The notes under the pieces were generated by a model. The model was not told the origin of the DNA. It did no database searches and saw only the letters and a list, made by a program, of their open reading frames with translations. A stretch of DNA of 63,851 bases from Patescibacteria group bacterium (GTDB lineage: Bacteria > Patescibacteriota > Minisyncoccia > Phycocordibacterales > Phycocordibacteraceae). The stretch lies in the NCBI GenBank assembly GCA_013815345.1, contig JACDGK010000006.1:1-63851 (forward strand). The letters run 5' to 3'. Position 1 is the first letter of the stretch. Every line of letters starts with the position of its first letter. The translations under genes and the position numbers were made by a program. Shown piece by piece: positions 1 to 9,772 of this stretch.

Positions 1-1276
1 CCCCCGCTACCACACCCGCAAAACCCGCAACAACCGAAAGAAGTATCACGAGAGGTACGAATGACATTACAAACATATTTGCCGGAATAGCCCACACACC
101 AAGCTGGCCAGTCTGCCACCAGATGAGTGGAAATACAGCAACTTGTGCAATAGTGCTTATCGCTACTATTTCCCTCAGCATCGCAGACTTAATCCACAAT
201 AAACGCATTTCCAAAAGAGGAGTTCCAAATATAAGCGCTGGTGTAACAATCACCGAAAGTTGAAAACCTTGATCGTAGGCGAGAAGAAACGGATTCCAGA
301 GCAATACAATAATAAGCGTCGCCGAGAGCGCGCGAATCGAGTCATAGGTACGACCAGTACCCTGTGCAAAAAGCGCGAATGCCGCCATGACACTTCCGCG
401 GAGTGAGGGGGCGCTCGCGCCCGTTGCAAAAACGATTGCTGCAATCACGGCGCCGGCAACAAGTAGCGCAACCCTTTTTGGCAAGAATGCGAATACCCAC
501 AGAATCCCCTCTGCAATAAGCGTAATATGATATCCAGCTAACACTACTACCCAAATAAGACCTGAGAGGGCGAGTGTAGTGACAAGCGAGTCACCTAGCC
601 CATGCTGATCTCCGGTGAGTAGTCCGGTTGCAAGTTGTCCGTAGGGATCAGGAAGGGCACGGGTAAGTCCAGCGACAAAGGCGTGTTTGATCGAGAACAA
701 AGTATCAACTACGATGTTTAAAAATCCATGTGGAGGAGCAACGGCAGAAACCTGTGCGAGAGGAAGCAATGCAAATATTCCTTTCTTTACAAGAAAGTGA
801 TCGTAGCGGAACACGCGACCGCCCTCGGACTCAAAAGGAGTCGGCGCGGTAAGAATTCCCGAAATGGTCACCCGCTCGCCATACAGAAAGTTTTGATATA
901 AAGGAGCAAATACAAGAATGCGCGTTGAATCGATCCCCTTTCTAACCTCGACCACTACTTGCTGATTCTTTTGGCGAAGGTCGGGATCAGCAACGACGGT
1001 TCCAGTGAATGAAACTTGCTGGTCGAAAAGCGGTGCAAAAACGGTTGGGACCGTCGCAGGTGCGACCGCAGCCCGCACAATGCCGGCAGCGAGCATCAGA
1101 CATGTCACACAAAGTACAGCAACGACTACTCGGCGCTCGAAAAGGTAAAATGCTAAACCAAGAAAGCCGAAAAATAAAACAAGACTGATGAATGTAGGTG
1201 AAATGACAAAGAATGTTCGCCAAAGAACACCAAAAGCGAAAGCGCCAGTACCAATAAAAAATAATTTCCCGCGCAT
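1..1276 (-). CDS. comEC: ComEC/Rec2 competence DNA-uptake membrane protein (3' end runs off the left edge; absent from the ORF track)
   Basis: Manual translation from ATG 1276 is open to the edge: MRGKLFFIGTG...YGERVTISGILTAPTPFESEGGRVFRYDHFLVKKGIF...ALPDPYGQLATGLLTGDQHGLGDSLVTTLALSGLIWVVVLAGYHIT...GASAPSLRGSVM...NPFLLAYDQGFQLS. This matches the DUF4131 + Competence domain layout. Confidence 0.9.
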   Translation of the reverse strand, partial: MRGKLFFIGTGAFAFGVLWRTFFVISPTFISLVLFFGFLGLAFYLFERRVVVAVLCVTCLMLAAGIVRAAVAPATVPTVFAPLFDQQVSFTGTVVADPDLRQKNQQVVVEVRKGIDSTRILVFAPLYQNFLYGERVTISGILTAPTPFESEGGRVFRYDHFLVKKGIFALLPLAQVSAVAPPHGFLNIVVDTLFSIKHAFVAGLTRALPDPYGQLATGLLTGDQHGLGDSLVTTLALSGLIWVVVLAGYHITLIAEGILWVFAFLPKRVALLVAGAVIAAIVFATGASAPSLRGSVMAAFALFAQGTGRTYDSIRALSATLIIVLLWNPFLLAYDQGFQLSVIVTPALIFGTPLLEMRLLWIKSAMLREIVAISTIAQVAVFPLIWWQTGQLGVWAIPANMFVMSFVPLVILLSVVAGFAGVVAG

Positions 1277-1333
1277 GCGGGAATCTTATCTACCGCGAGC
1301 TGAAAATTATATAAGAAAGTTCTATGGAAAATA

Positions 1334-1750
1334 TCAACTACCACGATCCATCGCTGCATTTGCCAACGCATCAGCTTCTTTATTTTGCTCGCGATAGACG
1401 TGTGCAAACGAAACCGATTTAAATTGCCGTATCAACTCTTGTACGCGCGCTGCAAGAGGAGTGAGATTGGGGTGTTTAATGCGATACTCTCCTTTCATTT
1501 GCTTCACGACCAACATACTGTCCATCTTTACGACGACTTCCGTTTCGGAAGCCTGATCTCCTATATACTCGAGAAGTTTTTCGAGCGCCCGGAGTATGCC
1601 GGTATACTCCGCGACATTATTCGTCGTATGACCGAGGAATTCTGACACTTCAGCGATTATCATTCCCTTTTCGTCACGCACGATCGCTCCCGCGCCGGCT
1701 GGGCCGGGGTTCCCTCGAGCTCCTCCGTCAGCAAAAATAGTGAATTGCAT
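1334..1750 (-). CDS. rnhA: Ribonuclease HI
   Basis: FADGGARGNPGPAG, TNNVAEY, MDSMLVVKQM and REQNKEADALAN motifs. Start moved to ATG 1750. Confidence 0.95.
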   Translation of the reverse strand: MQFTIFADGGARGNPGPAGAGAIVRDEKGMIIAEVSEFLGHTTNNVAEYTGILRALEKLLEYIGDQASETEVVVKMDSMLVVKQMKGEYRIKHPNLTPLAARVQELIRQFKSVSFAHVYREQNKEADALANAAMDRGS

Positions 1751-1763
1751 AAAAGTATAAAAA

Positions 1764-3494
1764 TTAGGCAATGGATACGATTCGTAAGCGTACCGGCTGG
1801 CCTCGTGAGAATTGATCCCGTTCGAGGGTTGCGAGAATCGTCGCATGCGCACCTACGGCAATCCTCTCACATACCGCTCCAAGCTCACGTTTCGCATAAA
1901 AGGATATTGCCTCGAGCGCATCGGTATCAACACTAAGTTCATCAGCAGCAAGCCGTAACCGCAAATGCTCATTGCTTTTCCCAAACCAAAACAATTGCCT
2001 TATCGCTATGTCTCGTAGGACGAACACTGGCTTCGGATTTCCCATACCAAACGGCGCAAGACGTTCAAGACGGCTTAGGAACTGCTTGGTTGCTTCAGGA
2101 AGAATAATTTCACTATCCGCTCGTTCTGTTTCACTAAGCGCAACGAACGAAAGCGATGCATATGCTTTATTTAAGGTATCTTCAAGAAAATAGATAGCGT
2201 CCTCACGTACAGAAAAGCCACCCGAAGCACGATGGCCGCCAAACTCTACGAAGGTATCAGTCGCCGCTTGCATAAGCTCGAGAAGATGAACGTCAGGACG
2301 TCCTGCGCGACAGGATCCTTTAAGAATGTTACTTCCCTCCCTTCCCCACAGAAATACCGGCCGTTGATGTTCCTCTGAAATACCGTTGGCGACGAGACCG
2401 AGCAGTCCTGGCCGCCACTCCGGATCCCCCATAACAATAACGTCGGGAAGTACACCTTGCGCGAGACGTTCAGCGAGACGCTCATGTACTTGTTTCGTCA
2501 CTGCGCCGCTTGACGCACGTCTGCTTCGATTTGTCGCCTCAAGTTTCTTCGCTAGCATATCGGCTTCCACTTCATCTTCCGTAGTAAAAAGTCGAAAAGC
2601 ATCAATCGCATCACCCATACGCGAAGCAGCATTGACGCGCGGTGCAATCATAAAACCGACATCATCCTCCGTCAGTACACGCTGGTTCACTCGCGCACCT
2701 TTACACAGTTTCTGAAAACCTATGCGCGGCGACTTACGCATTACCATCAATCCGTAGTAGGCGATGACGCGATTCTCACCAGTCAACGGCACCATATCAG
2801 CAATCGTGGAAAGTCCGGCCATATCGAGAAGCCATTTCTCCCATCCGGGCTTAATATTTTCTCTACCGGTAAAACCGATGGCGAGCATCGCACACACAAG
2901 TTTCCAGGCAAGACCGCCACCGCAAAAATCCTTATAAGGATATGTTTCGCCTTCCTGTTTTGGATCCACGATAGCGAACGCTGCAGGCAGGGTTACTCCG
3001 GGAAGGTGATGATCGGTAATGAGTACCTCTATCCCGAGAGAATTGGCATACGCGACGGCTGCAACATCCGAAATGCCACAATCAACCGTAATGATCAATG
3101 AAACGTTATCGACCTTAAGTGTATCAATGCCTTTTTCATTCAATCCGAATCCTTCTTCGTGACGATGCGGAATGTAATTACAAAAATTCGCGTCGATCTT
3201 TTTGAAAAAGTCGTGAAGCACCACACCGCCCGGAATACCATCGCAGTCATAGTCGCTCCACACGGCAATACGTTCTTTCGCTTCGATAGCTTTTGCGATA
3301 CGTTCGGCTGCCTTTTTCATGTCTTTAATCAGAAGAGGGTCGCCGAGGTGCTGGTCATATGAGGGCGCGAGAAATGCCTCTGCTTCTTTTGAGGTCATTA
3401 CTCCCCGGCGCGCGAGAAGCGCAGCAGTTAAATCATCATAACGGTGAAGTTCCGTACGGAGAGCTTCATCTAAAGGATCGTGGAGCGAGAACAT
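1764..3494 (-). CDS. recJ: Single-stranded-DNA exonuclease RecJ
   Basis: DHH family motifs SDYDCDG, TVDCG, TDHH, PRVNAASRM, FGGH, APFGMGNPKP. Confidence 0.95.
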   Translation of the reverse strand: MFSLHDPLDEALRTELHRYDDLTAALLARRGVMTSKEAEAFLAPSYDQHLGDPLLIKDMKKAAERIAKAIEAKERIAVWSDYDCDGIPGGVVLHDFFKKIDANFCNYIPHRHEEGFGLNEKGIDTLKVDNVSLIITVDCGISDVAAVAYANSLGIEVLITDHHLPGVTLPAAFAIVDPKQEGETYPYKDFCGGGLAWKLVCAMLAIGFTGRENIKPGWEKWLLDMAGLSTIADMVPLTGENRVIAYYGLMVMRKSPRIGFQKLCKGARVNQRVLTEDDVGFMIAPRVNAASRMGDAIDAFRLFTTEDEVEADMLAKKLEATNRSRRASSGAVTKQVHERLAERLAQGVLPDVIVMGDPEWRPGLLGLVANGISEEHQRPVFLWGREGSNILKGSCRAGRPDVHLLELMQAATDTFVEFGGHRASGGFSVREDAIYFLEDTLNKAYASLSFVALSETERADSEIILPEATKQFLSRLERLAPFGMGNPKPVFVLRDIAIRQLFWFGKSNEHLRLRLAADELSVDTDALEAISFYAKRELGAVCERIAVGAHATILATLERDQFSRGQPVRLRIVSIA

Positions 3495-3592
3495 TGATCG
3501 ATTGTATCAGAAAGCCTCTCTGCGGTAGACATTGCTCACTTATGAGTCATCGAATTAGTGAGCAAGAAATGCCCTTGTGGTACGCTTTAGAA

Positions 3593-4018
3593 ATGAATCA
3601 CGAAAAAGAGGAGACTATTTTCGATAAGATTCTGCGACGCGAAATTCCAGCGAACGTTGTATATGAGGACAATCAGACCTTTGCGTTTCTCGATATTAAC
3701 CCCGTAAATCCTGGGCACGTACTGGTCATTCCCAAGAATCCCTCAAGAAATATTTTAGATATTGACGAGAAAAATTGGCTTGCGCTGATGGGGACGGTGC
3801 GAAAACTTGCGCGAGCAGTAAAAGAGGCAATGGGTGCTGATGGTATTAATATCGATATTAATAATGAACCTGCGGCAGGTCAGATAATCTTTTATACGCA
3901 TATCCACATCGTTCCGCGTTTTGCCGGAGATGCACACATAATACGACCTCACAAAAACTACGCCGAAGGTGAAGCAAATAAAGTCGCAGAAAAGATCAAA
4001 TCGAGACTCGCTTCGTAA
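3593..4018 (+). CDS. HIT family nucleotide hydrolase
   Basis: IFDKI, DINPVNPGHVLVIPK and HIHIVPR histidine triad. Start moved to ATG 3593. Confidence 0.9.
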   Translation: MNHEKEETIFDKILRREIPANVVYEDNQTFAFLDINPVNPGHVLVIPKNPSRNILDIDEKNWLALMGTVRKLARAVKEAMGADGINIDINNEPAAGQIIFYTHIHIVPRFAGDAHIIRPHKNYAEGEANKVAEKIKSRLAS

Positions 4019-5152
4019 CTACCATAATACCGAAAGTCCAGGCAGTGTTCCTTTCGCAAGAAAATCGAGCATTGCGCCGCCGCCCGTGGAAACAAAAGAA
4101 ATATGATCCGATGCGCCGAGGTCTTCTATGGCAGCAACGGTATCTCCTCCCCCAACCAGTGAGTACGAATCGCTTTCAGCAATTGCTTTAGCGAGTGCGA
4201 ACGTACTATCGGTATAGCCATTCTCATAATTTCCAGCGGGACCATTCCAAAGAATAGTTTTGGCATTCTGAATAAGATTGATGAGCATCGCCGTCGTTTG
4301 AGGCCCCTCATCCAATATCGCTTTGTCAGCAGGAATAGAGTCGAGGCGGCATACGTCTGCGTCTGTTCGTTTGTTTCCAAGTGTTCCCACAATCGCATCG
4401 AGCGGCACTGCGAGTTTGCGATTGGCTAAAAGACTCTTAATGGCTTTCGGATCAGCATTTGAAACGAGTGATGTCCCCACGCTATGTCCCATCGCCATTA
4501 CGAAATCATTGCCAAGTGCGCCCCCAACGAAAACGCGATCATACAACTCGAGGAGCTTGGTAAGCACGGGTTCTTTTGTGGAAAACTTTGAGCCGCCAAT
4601 GAGTGCGAGGGCAGGATGCTTTGGCGCAAGTGCTTTGGAAAGCTCGCGGACTTCTTCCTCTACTAAAAGACCTGCATACGAGGGAAGAAGCTGCGGCACT
4701 CCAACGACTGACGCATGCGCGCGATGGCAAACGTCAAAGGAATCTTCCACGAATACATCCGCGAGCTCCGCGAGAGCGGTGGCAAACTTTTTATCGTTCG
4801 TGACTTCCCCTCGATCACGACGAAGGTTCTCCAACATCAAGACACCCCCCGGCGGAAGGTCGCGAACTGCCGCACGTGCTGCTTCGCCGATCGTGACAGG
4901 ACTGAACTGCAGCTCTGGTAAAAGTTTCTTAAGGGCTTCGTACACTGGCTGCAATGTTTCAGTGCCCGCCTCACCGATATGACCTATTAAAATAACGCGA
5001 GCATTTTTCTTACGAAGAAATTCAATAGTCGGAAGCGCTTTGCGTAGACGAAAAGTATTAGTAACTTTTCCATTCTCAACGGGAACGTTAAGAGCAGCCC
5101 GCACCACCATCGGAATAGAGTCATATACCGGAATGTCGCGGATTGTTTTCAT
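4019..5152 (-). CDS. pgk: Phosphoglycerate kinase (divergent N-domain)
   Basis: LENLR, HRAHAS, GGSK, WNGP, GGGDT and STGGGA motifs; adjacent to tpiA. Confidence 0.88.
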   Translation of the reverse strand: MKTIRDIPVYDSIPMVVRAALNVPVENGKVTNTFRLRKALPTIEFLRKKNARVILIGHIGEAGTETLQPVYEALKKLLPELQFSPVTIGEAARAAVRDLPPGGVLMLENLRRDRGEVTNDKKFATALAELADVFVEDSFDVCHRAHASVVGVPQLLPSYAGLLVEEEVRELSKALAPKHPALALIGGSKFSTKEPVLTKLLELYDRVFVGGALGNDFVMAMGHSVGTSLVSNADPKAIKSLLANRKLAVPLDAIVGTLGNKRTDADVCRLDSIPADKAILDEGPQTTAMLINLIQNAKTILWNGPAGNYENGYTDSTFALAKAIAESDSYSLVGGGDTVAAIEDLGASDHISFVSTGGGAMLDFLAKGTLPGLSVLW

Positions 5153-5164
5153 CTTTTCACCCGA

Positions 5165-5908
5165 TTATCGCACTGCTTTTACCAGCCCCGTGAAAATATC
5201 ACTATCGACGCTTGCATGACCGGCCAAAAATCCATCGATGCCTGTCTCTTCCGTAAGAGCTTTTACATTTGAAGGTTCCACCGAGCCCCCATAAATGACG
5301 CTCACCTTAGAGGATCCGGTACCGGGAATATATGCCCCTATTACTTTCCGTATATAGAGCATCATTTCAGTGAGATCGTTCGGTGTGATCGCCTCCTCGG
5401 CAGTTTTTCCGATAGCCCAGATGGGTTCATACGCGACAATGATCTGAAACTTTTCTTTTGCTGAAAGAATAGAGAAGATCGCATGTAATTGCGTTCGTAA
5501 AAACGTCAGGTATTTACCATCAGCGTCTCGTTCTCTTTCTCCTACACAGAGTATGGGTATAATCTTGTTCGAAAACGCTTGTCGTACCTTTTCTGAAACA
5601 ATCGCATCAGTTTCTCCGAGTGCGCGGCGCTCCGAATGTCCGAGTATTACATGCGTCACTCCGAGACTCCGAAGCATGCTGCTGGTAATTTCTCCTGTTG
5701 CTGCACCTCCCGAAACGGTGGAGAGGTCTTGCGCGGCAATACCGACCTTAGAACGATTTCCGGGAGCAAGCAGCCCGAGATAGGGAGCTGATGGCGCCAA
5801 TACTATGTCGATATCAGGATACGTCGCAAGGCGTTTTGCAGTGGCAAAGAGTTTTTTCGCTTTCTCGGCAGAATCTACGTACGCTTTCCAATTTGCGACA
5901 ATGAGCAT
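5165..5908 (-). CDS. tpiA: Triosephosphate isomerase
   Basis: ANWK, GHSERR, AYEPIWAIG and YGGSV motifs. Confidence 0.95.
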   Translation of the reverse strand: MLIVANWKAYVDSAEKAKKLFATAKRLATYPDIDIVLAPSAPYLGLLAPGNRSKVGIAAQDLSTVSGGAATGEITSSMLRSLGVTHVILGHSERRALGETDAIVSEKVRQAFSNKIIPILCVGERERDADGKYLTFLRTQLHAIFSILSAKEKFQIIVAYEPIWAIGKTAEEAITPNDLTEMMLYIRKVIGAYIPGTGSSKVSVIYGGSVEPSNVKALTEETGIDGFLAGHASVDSDIFTGLVKAVR

Positions 5909-5936
5909 TCCTCTATTCTAACATCTCATGCTAAAA

Positions 5937-7406
5937 CTATTCCTGCCGCCAATCGACGAATTGATAGGTGGTAGAAACAGTGGGCGTGAAAGGCGGTGCG
6001 TTCGTTGAAAGACCACGATCAAACGCATCGACGCGCGTCTGATATCCTGCATCGCCCGATCCACAACCTCCGAACCATTTCGTACCGGTACGTTTATTAG
6101 AAACGGTCGTGCCATGAATCGTGAGCATAGTTCGCGGCTCATAACTATTCGGGCAACCACTGGAACCGTAATAATTTCTTCCAAATGCTCCTCCCTGCGC
6201 GATAAATATGCCGTTCAATGTCATTGTTTGCGGTGAATCCGGCGTTATCAATATATCGTTCGCGCTGATCACGGTGAGTCCTGAAATACCGCTGGCGTTG
6301 CTGTAGGTAATGTTATCGGGAAGCATGACGTTGGGGGTCACCCCAGCAGTTACAACATTCGCAGCGACAACCGTAATCTGACTCGGTACGGTACCTTCGA
6401 TCCAGGTATTATCCTCTACAAAAATAAGTCCGCATGAAGTCGATACGGTATAGGTACCAAGAGTCGTTTCAGTATTGATAAGCGTGTAATCAGGCTGTGT
6501 CGTCTGAATAGTTTGATTGTCGACCGGGAGCGACGGTACATTAGTTTCTTTCGTCACTTTTTTTACCGTGACCGTACCGTTACTATTAAAAATCAGATGG
6601 TAGCCTTTGTTGGCATTATTTCCACTACTACCCGAACTGATTCGGGCGAAATACAGTCCTGATGATTGGGCTGTTGATTTGAGGGTAGAAAAATTAGCGG
6701 CAATCGCCGTGAAATCGATCTGCGGGCTCGGATAACTCCACAGTGTTTGATTTGGACCTGCACCGAAAACCCCTGGCTCAGTCTGCGTGGGTGAACAACC
6801 AAACGAAGAGGTACAGGACCACGATGAGAGCGAACTCGTAACAGGTGAATTTGCTGTTCCATCCATGCGAATGCCGCCGTTCGAGTGATAGGGTCCTAAA
6901 ATAGTACGGTCTGCTCCCGCCCACACACTGTCGTTTACGATGTAGGAATATCCTGCAACGGTTGGGAGCGCGTACCGTGCGTCTATTGTTGCGAAACTTG
7001 CTGGATTATCCAACGGAGTGCCTTTCGACTTTATATCGACTGACGTGAGTTTGTTACACGCAGTATTCCCGGTTATGGAAAGTGAAATAGTACCCGTCTG
7101 GCCACCTTCGGGATCATTATAGGGAAGCGAGTAAGGGCCTGGCTGCCCGGTGCCATTTTGAATATCAGTCGGGAAGTGCGCCAAGTGCCAGCGGTAGTAT
7201 TCAAGGCCTGCTTCCGCAATACCGAGACCTTTGCTCTGTCCCATAGTCGCCGTTTCAAGTCTATTTTGCGAGAGAACGAATCCGGAAAGTGCGCCGAGCA
7301 CGGTGAGAAATATTGCTCCAAATACAAGCGCGAGGAGCATGAGATAGCCGCGCGGCTCCGCCGCGCGGTATTTTATTTTTAATGATTCACCTAGATGCTT
7401 TTTCAT
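5937..7406 (-). CDS. PilX/GspK-like minor pilin with large beta-rich C-terminal domain
   Basis: Prepilin-like RG|YLMLLALVF without E5, AEAGLEY motif; lies in the pilBC cluster. Confidence 0.65.
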   Translation of the reverse strand: MKKHLGESLKIKYRAAEPRGYLMLLALVFGAIFLTVLGALSGFVLSQNRLETATMGQSKGLGIAEAGLEYYRWHLAHFPTDIQNGTGQPGPYSLPYNDPEGGQTGTISLSITGNTACNKLTSVDIKSKGTPLDNPASFATIDARYALPTVAGYSYIVNDSVWAGADRTILGPYHSNGGIRMDGTANSPVTSSLSSWSCTSSFGCSPTQTEPGVFGAGPNQTLWSYPSPQIDFTAIAANFSTLKSTAQSSGLYFARISSGSSGNNANKGYHLIFNSNGTVTVKKVTKETNVPSLPVDNQTIQTTQPDYTLINTETTLGTYTVSTSCGLIFVEDNTWIEGTVPSQITVVAANVVTAGVTPNVMLPDNITYSNASGISGLTVISANDILITPDSPQTMTLNGIFIAQGGAFGRNYYGSSGCPNSYEPRTMLTIHGTTVSNKRTGTKWFGGCGSGDAGYQTRVDAFDRGLSTNAPPFTPTVSTTYQFVDWRQE

Positions 7407-7410
7407 AAAA

Positions 7411-8028
7411 TTAATGGCCCACGTTCCTGAGAGTCGCACTTCCTATAAGAGTATAAGGGCTCGGCGAGCGATTCTGATCCACATCGATCTGGAGGGTTGT
7501 TTGTATGGAAGCGATTTGGGAAACGTTTATAGGGGTAGTGAGAAGACTTGCTGAGCTGTCATAATACAAAAAGATAGGGTTCGATGCTGCATTCACCACA
7601 TAAGTTCCGACAATGCTCGTCTTTTCCGGTTGTCCCGTATAGGAAGGAGGAGTACCTGCGGAATACGTTATGCCTTGATACAGTGTACGATTTTGCAAAT
7701 AGTAACGCACCTTGTCTACGTTTCCATTACCATTCACATCAGCATAAAAAGTGATGGACGACGTTCCTACTGTGCTTATCGGATACGATCCGTCATCGCC
7801 ATATGAAGCTTCGCGTAGATCCTGTATCGACGTGGCGAGTCCTTGCTGCGCACTTTGTACCGCGACCCCTTCTTGAAGAACATAGTTGTTGGTTCGATAG
7901 AAGTATTGAAGAATACTGGTGAGAGCACCGCCCACCACCACTAAGAGAGAGACGACGACGATCGTTTCGATAAGGGTAAAGGCTCTTTTGAAAGCCTTAT
8001 CCGATGTTTTGTTAGAAGGAATCAGCAT
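7411..8028 (-). CDS. PilW/GspJ-like minor pilin
   Basis: KRA|FTLIETIVVV prepilin N-terminus. Start uncertain (8028 or 8058). Confidence 0.75.
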   Translation of the reverse strand: MLIPSNKTSDKAFKRAFTLIETIVVVSLLVVVGGALTSILQYFYRTNNYVLQEGVAVQSAQQGLATSIQDLREASYGDDGSYPISTVGTSSITFYADVNGNGNVDKVRYYLQNRTLYQGITYSAGTPPSYTGQPEKTSIVGTYVVNAASNPIFLYYDSSASLLTTPINVSQIASIQTTLQIDVDQNRSPSPYTLIGSATLRNVGH

Positions 8029-9718
8029 AGAAAGTTTGTCCGGTGACCGAAACGCCACTTACGGTATTTGTTGTGTATCCGCTTTTTGTAATAGTTATCG
8101 AATAGTCCGAGGCAGCGCTGAGACTTCCAAAATAGGCGGCGCCGCACGCTGAAGAAGTTACGACTTTTGAATACCCTGGTCGTGAGAGCGTAACGGACAC
8201 ACCTGAAACGACATCTCCTAAACTATCCGCGACCGAAACCAGGAGCGCGTTTGTCGAATGCGTAGAAAGAATGAGTGATTCGTTTACCGCGGCGGCCGGC
8301 GCAAGTGCGTAGGGAGGAACGGTACACGCGTCAATAATGTCATAGCTCGGCACTGAGAGAGAATACAAATCCCATTCGAGCGTGAGCAGGTTAGTTCCTG
8401 TCGCACTGGTCGTAGCATTTACCGTCGTCTTGTAGATAGGTGCGCCGCCGCCGGTTGAACCTATCGTTTTCTTGCCGGTCAGTGTAAATGAGACGTTCGG
8501 TAGTGGAGTAGGTCCCGACTGATAGGAAAGTCCCCAATTAGTAATAGAAGGTGTCGTGCTCGTCGCCGTTGTTGAAAGTGAAGCTGAAAGCGCCAAAGCG
8601 GGATAGGTTGTGGTAGAAATGCCGTAAAGATTTACCGTTGAAATAAATCCTGCTGCATTTCCGGCAAGCACTGAGTCAGGAAGAAGTGTTCCTGTGCCGT
8701 CCACGATATGGAAGCTTACCGTGGTGCCCGCTGGCACACTCTGGGTCGAGCTCGCAACCCCCCACATTATGAGATACGCTGGTGCCGATGTGGTGGAAAT
8801 CGCGCTGCCACTCGCTGCATAGTTACCCACGCCTCCGGAAAGTGAAAGAGCTCCTCCTGACGCTACTGTGCTGGTAAGAGACGTAAGTTTCGAAGCATTT
8901 GCGAAAGAATCACTAAATGTACTGGTTGCTATTGGTGAAAAAGTCATTACGTTCATCGAGCCGAGAGCATCGATAGCGAACGTGCTACTGGTCGTTTGAT
9001 TTTTCACCACCGTAAGATATCCCGGTGTGGGATTTTGATTATTCGAATCGCGCACATATGTCTGAGCGGTGGAATACCCTGTTTTCGTAACCGACACTGC
9101 GTATTGCGTCGAGGTAGCGGCACCGGGAAGATAGACGGTGCCAGTTGAGTCCGAAAACGTGGTGAGGTTTACGGTGGGCGCGGTGCTCGCATTCGTTATA
9201 GTGACACTGGCACCGGCAAGTGGCGTACCTGCAGCGTTCACTACATTTATTTGAAGCGTTCCTCCTCCCGCCGTAGTTTCAATACCGAGCGGTGCGTAAT
9301 TTGAAACCAGGATAAATTGACGAGGTTTTCCTCCCGCCGTATAGAAGACCGTTACTTTAATTCTTTTGTAGTCAGTGGTTATTCCGTTTGTATCGCCTGC
9401 TCCCGTTCCATCAGAGGGGCTGTCGTAGTAATCAATAAAGGTACGCACATTGTATCCGACACCATCTTCCGTTGTAGTCGCATTTTGCGCGATAAGTCCT
9501 GCGGGAATACCTCCAAGCGTCCCTACGGAGTCATACGGCAGCGAACGAATATATTCGACTTGGTTATTCGCTATTGAGGTCGCGGTCGCTTCGCTTTTTA
9601 CATAGGCAGAAAGCAAGATCGACGCCCGCAAGATTCCAAACAGCGCGAGAAAAATGATAAGGACCAGTGCCGTGCCGATGACAACGTCGATTAATGACAT
9701 TCCGCGCGGCGCATGCAT
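8012..9718 (-). CDS. PilV-like minor pilin fused to carboxypeptidase-regulatory-like beta domains
   Basis: RG|MSLIDVVIG prepilin start; repeated GASVTI / VSVTKTGY segments. Start 9718 follows a TATCAT-N6 element. Confidence 0.7.
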   Translation of the reverse strand: MHAPRGMSLIDVVIGTALVLIIFLALFGILRASILLSAYVKSEATATSIANNQVEYIRSLPYDSVGTLGGIPAGLIAQNATTTEDGVGYNVRTFIDYYDSPSDGTGAGDTNGITTDYKRIKVTVFYTAGGKPRQFILVSNYAPLGIETTAGGGTLQINVVNAAGTPLAGASVTITNASTAPTVNLTTFSDSTGTVYLPGAATSTQYAVSVTKTGYSTAQTYVRDSNNQNPTPGYLTVVKNQTTSSTFAIDALGSMNVMTFSPIATSTFSDSFANASKLTSLTSTVASGGALSLSGGVGNYAASGSAISTTSAPAYLIMWGVASSTQSVPAGTTVSFHIVDGTGTLLPDSVLAGNAAGFISTVNLYGISTTTYPALALSASLSTTATSTTPSITNWGLSYQSGPTPLPNVSFTLTGKKTIGSTGGGAPIYKTTVNATTSATGTNLLTLEWDLYSLSVPSYDIIDACTVPPYALAPAAAVNESLILSTHSTNALLVSVADSLGDVVSGVSVTLSRPGYSKVVTSSACGAAYFGSLSAASDYSITITKSGYTTNTVSGVSVTGQTFYADSF

Positions 9719-9772
9719 GGTCTTATGATACCTCACTCATCAAGCCGCAGATCACCATATCGGCGGTGTGGA

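Noticed and set aside
585-890. Apparent large nested RNA structure (GGCGAGTG/CGCTCGCC, GCGTGTT/AACACGC, CTACGAT/ATCGTAG), resembling tmRNA, RNase P or raiA
   Set aside because: The region is in-frame coding sequence of comEC on the minus strand with clear protein motifs. No T-arm or P4 consensus is present, so the stems are most likely chance.
4323-4982. Long antisense ORFs (also 19058-19729, 54779-55525 and many short ones)
   Set aside because: Shadow frames of well-supported genes on the opposite strand, with no motifs.
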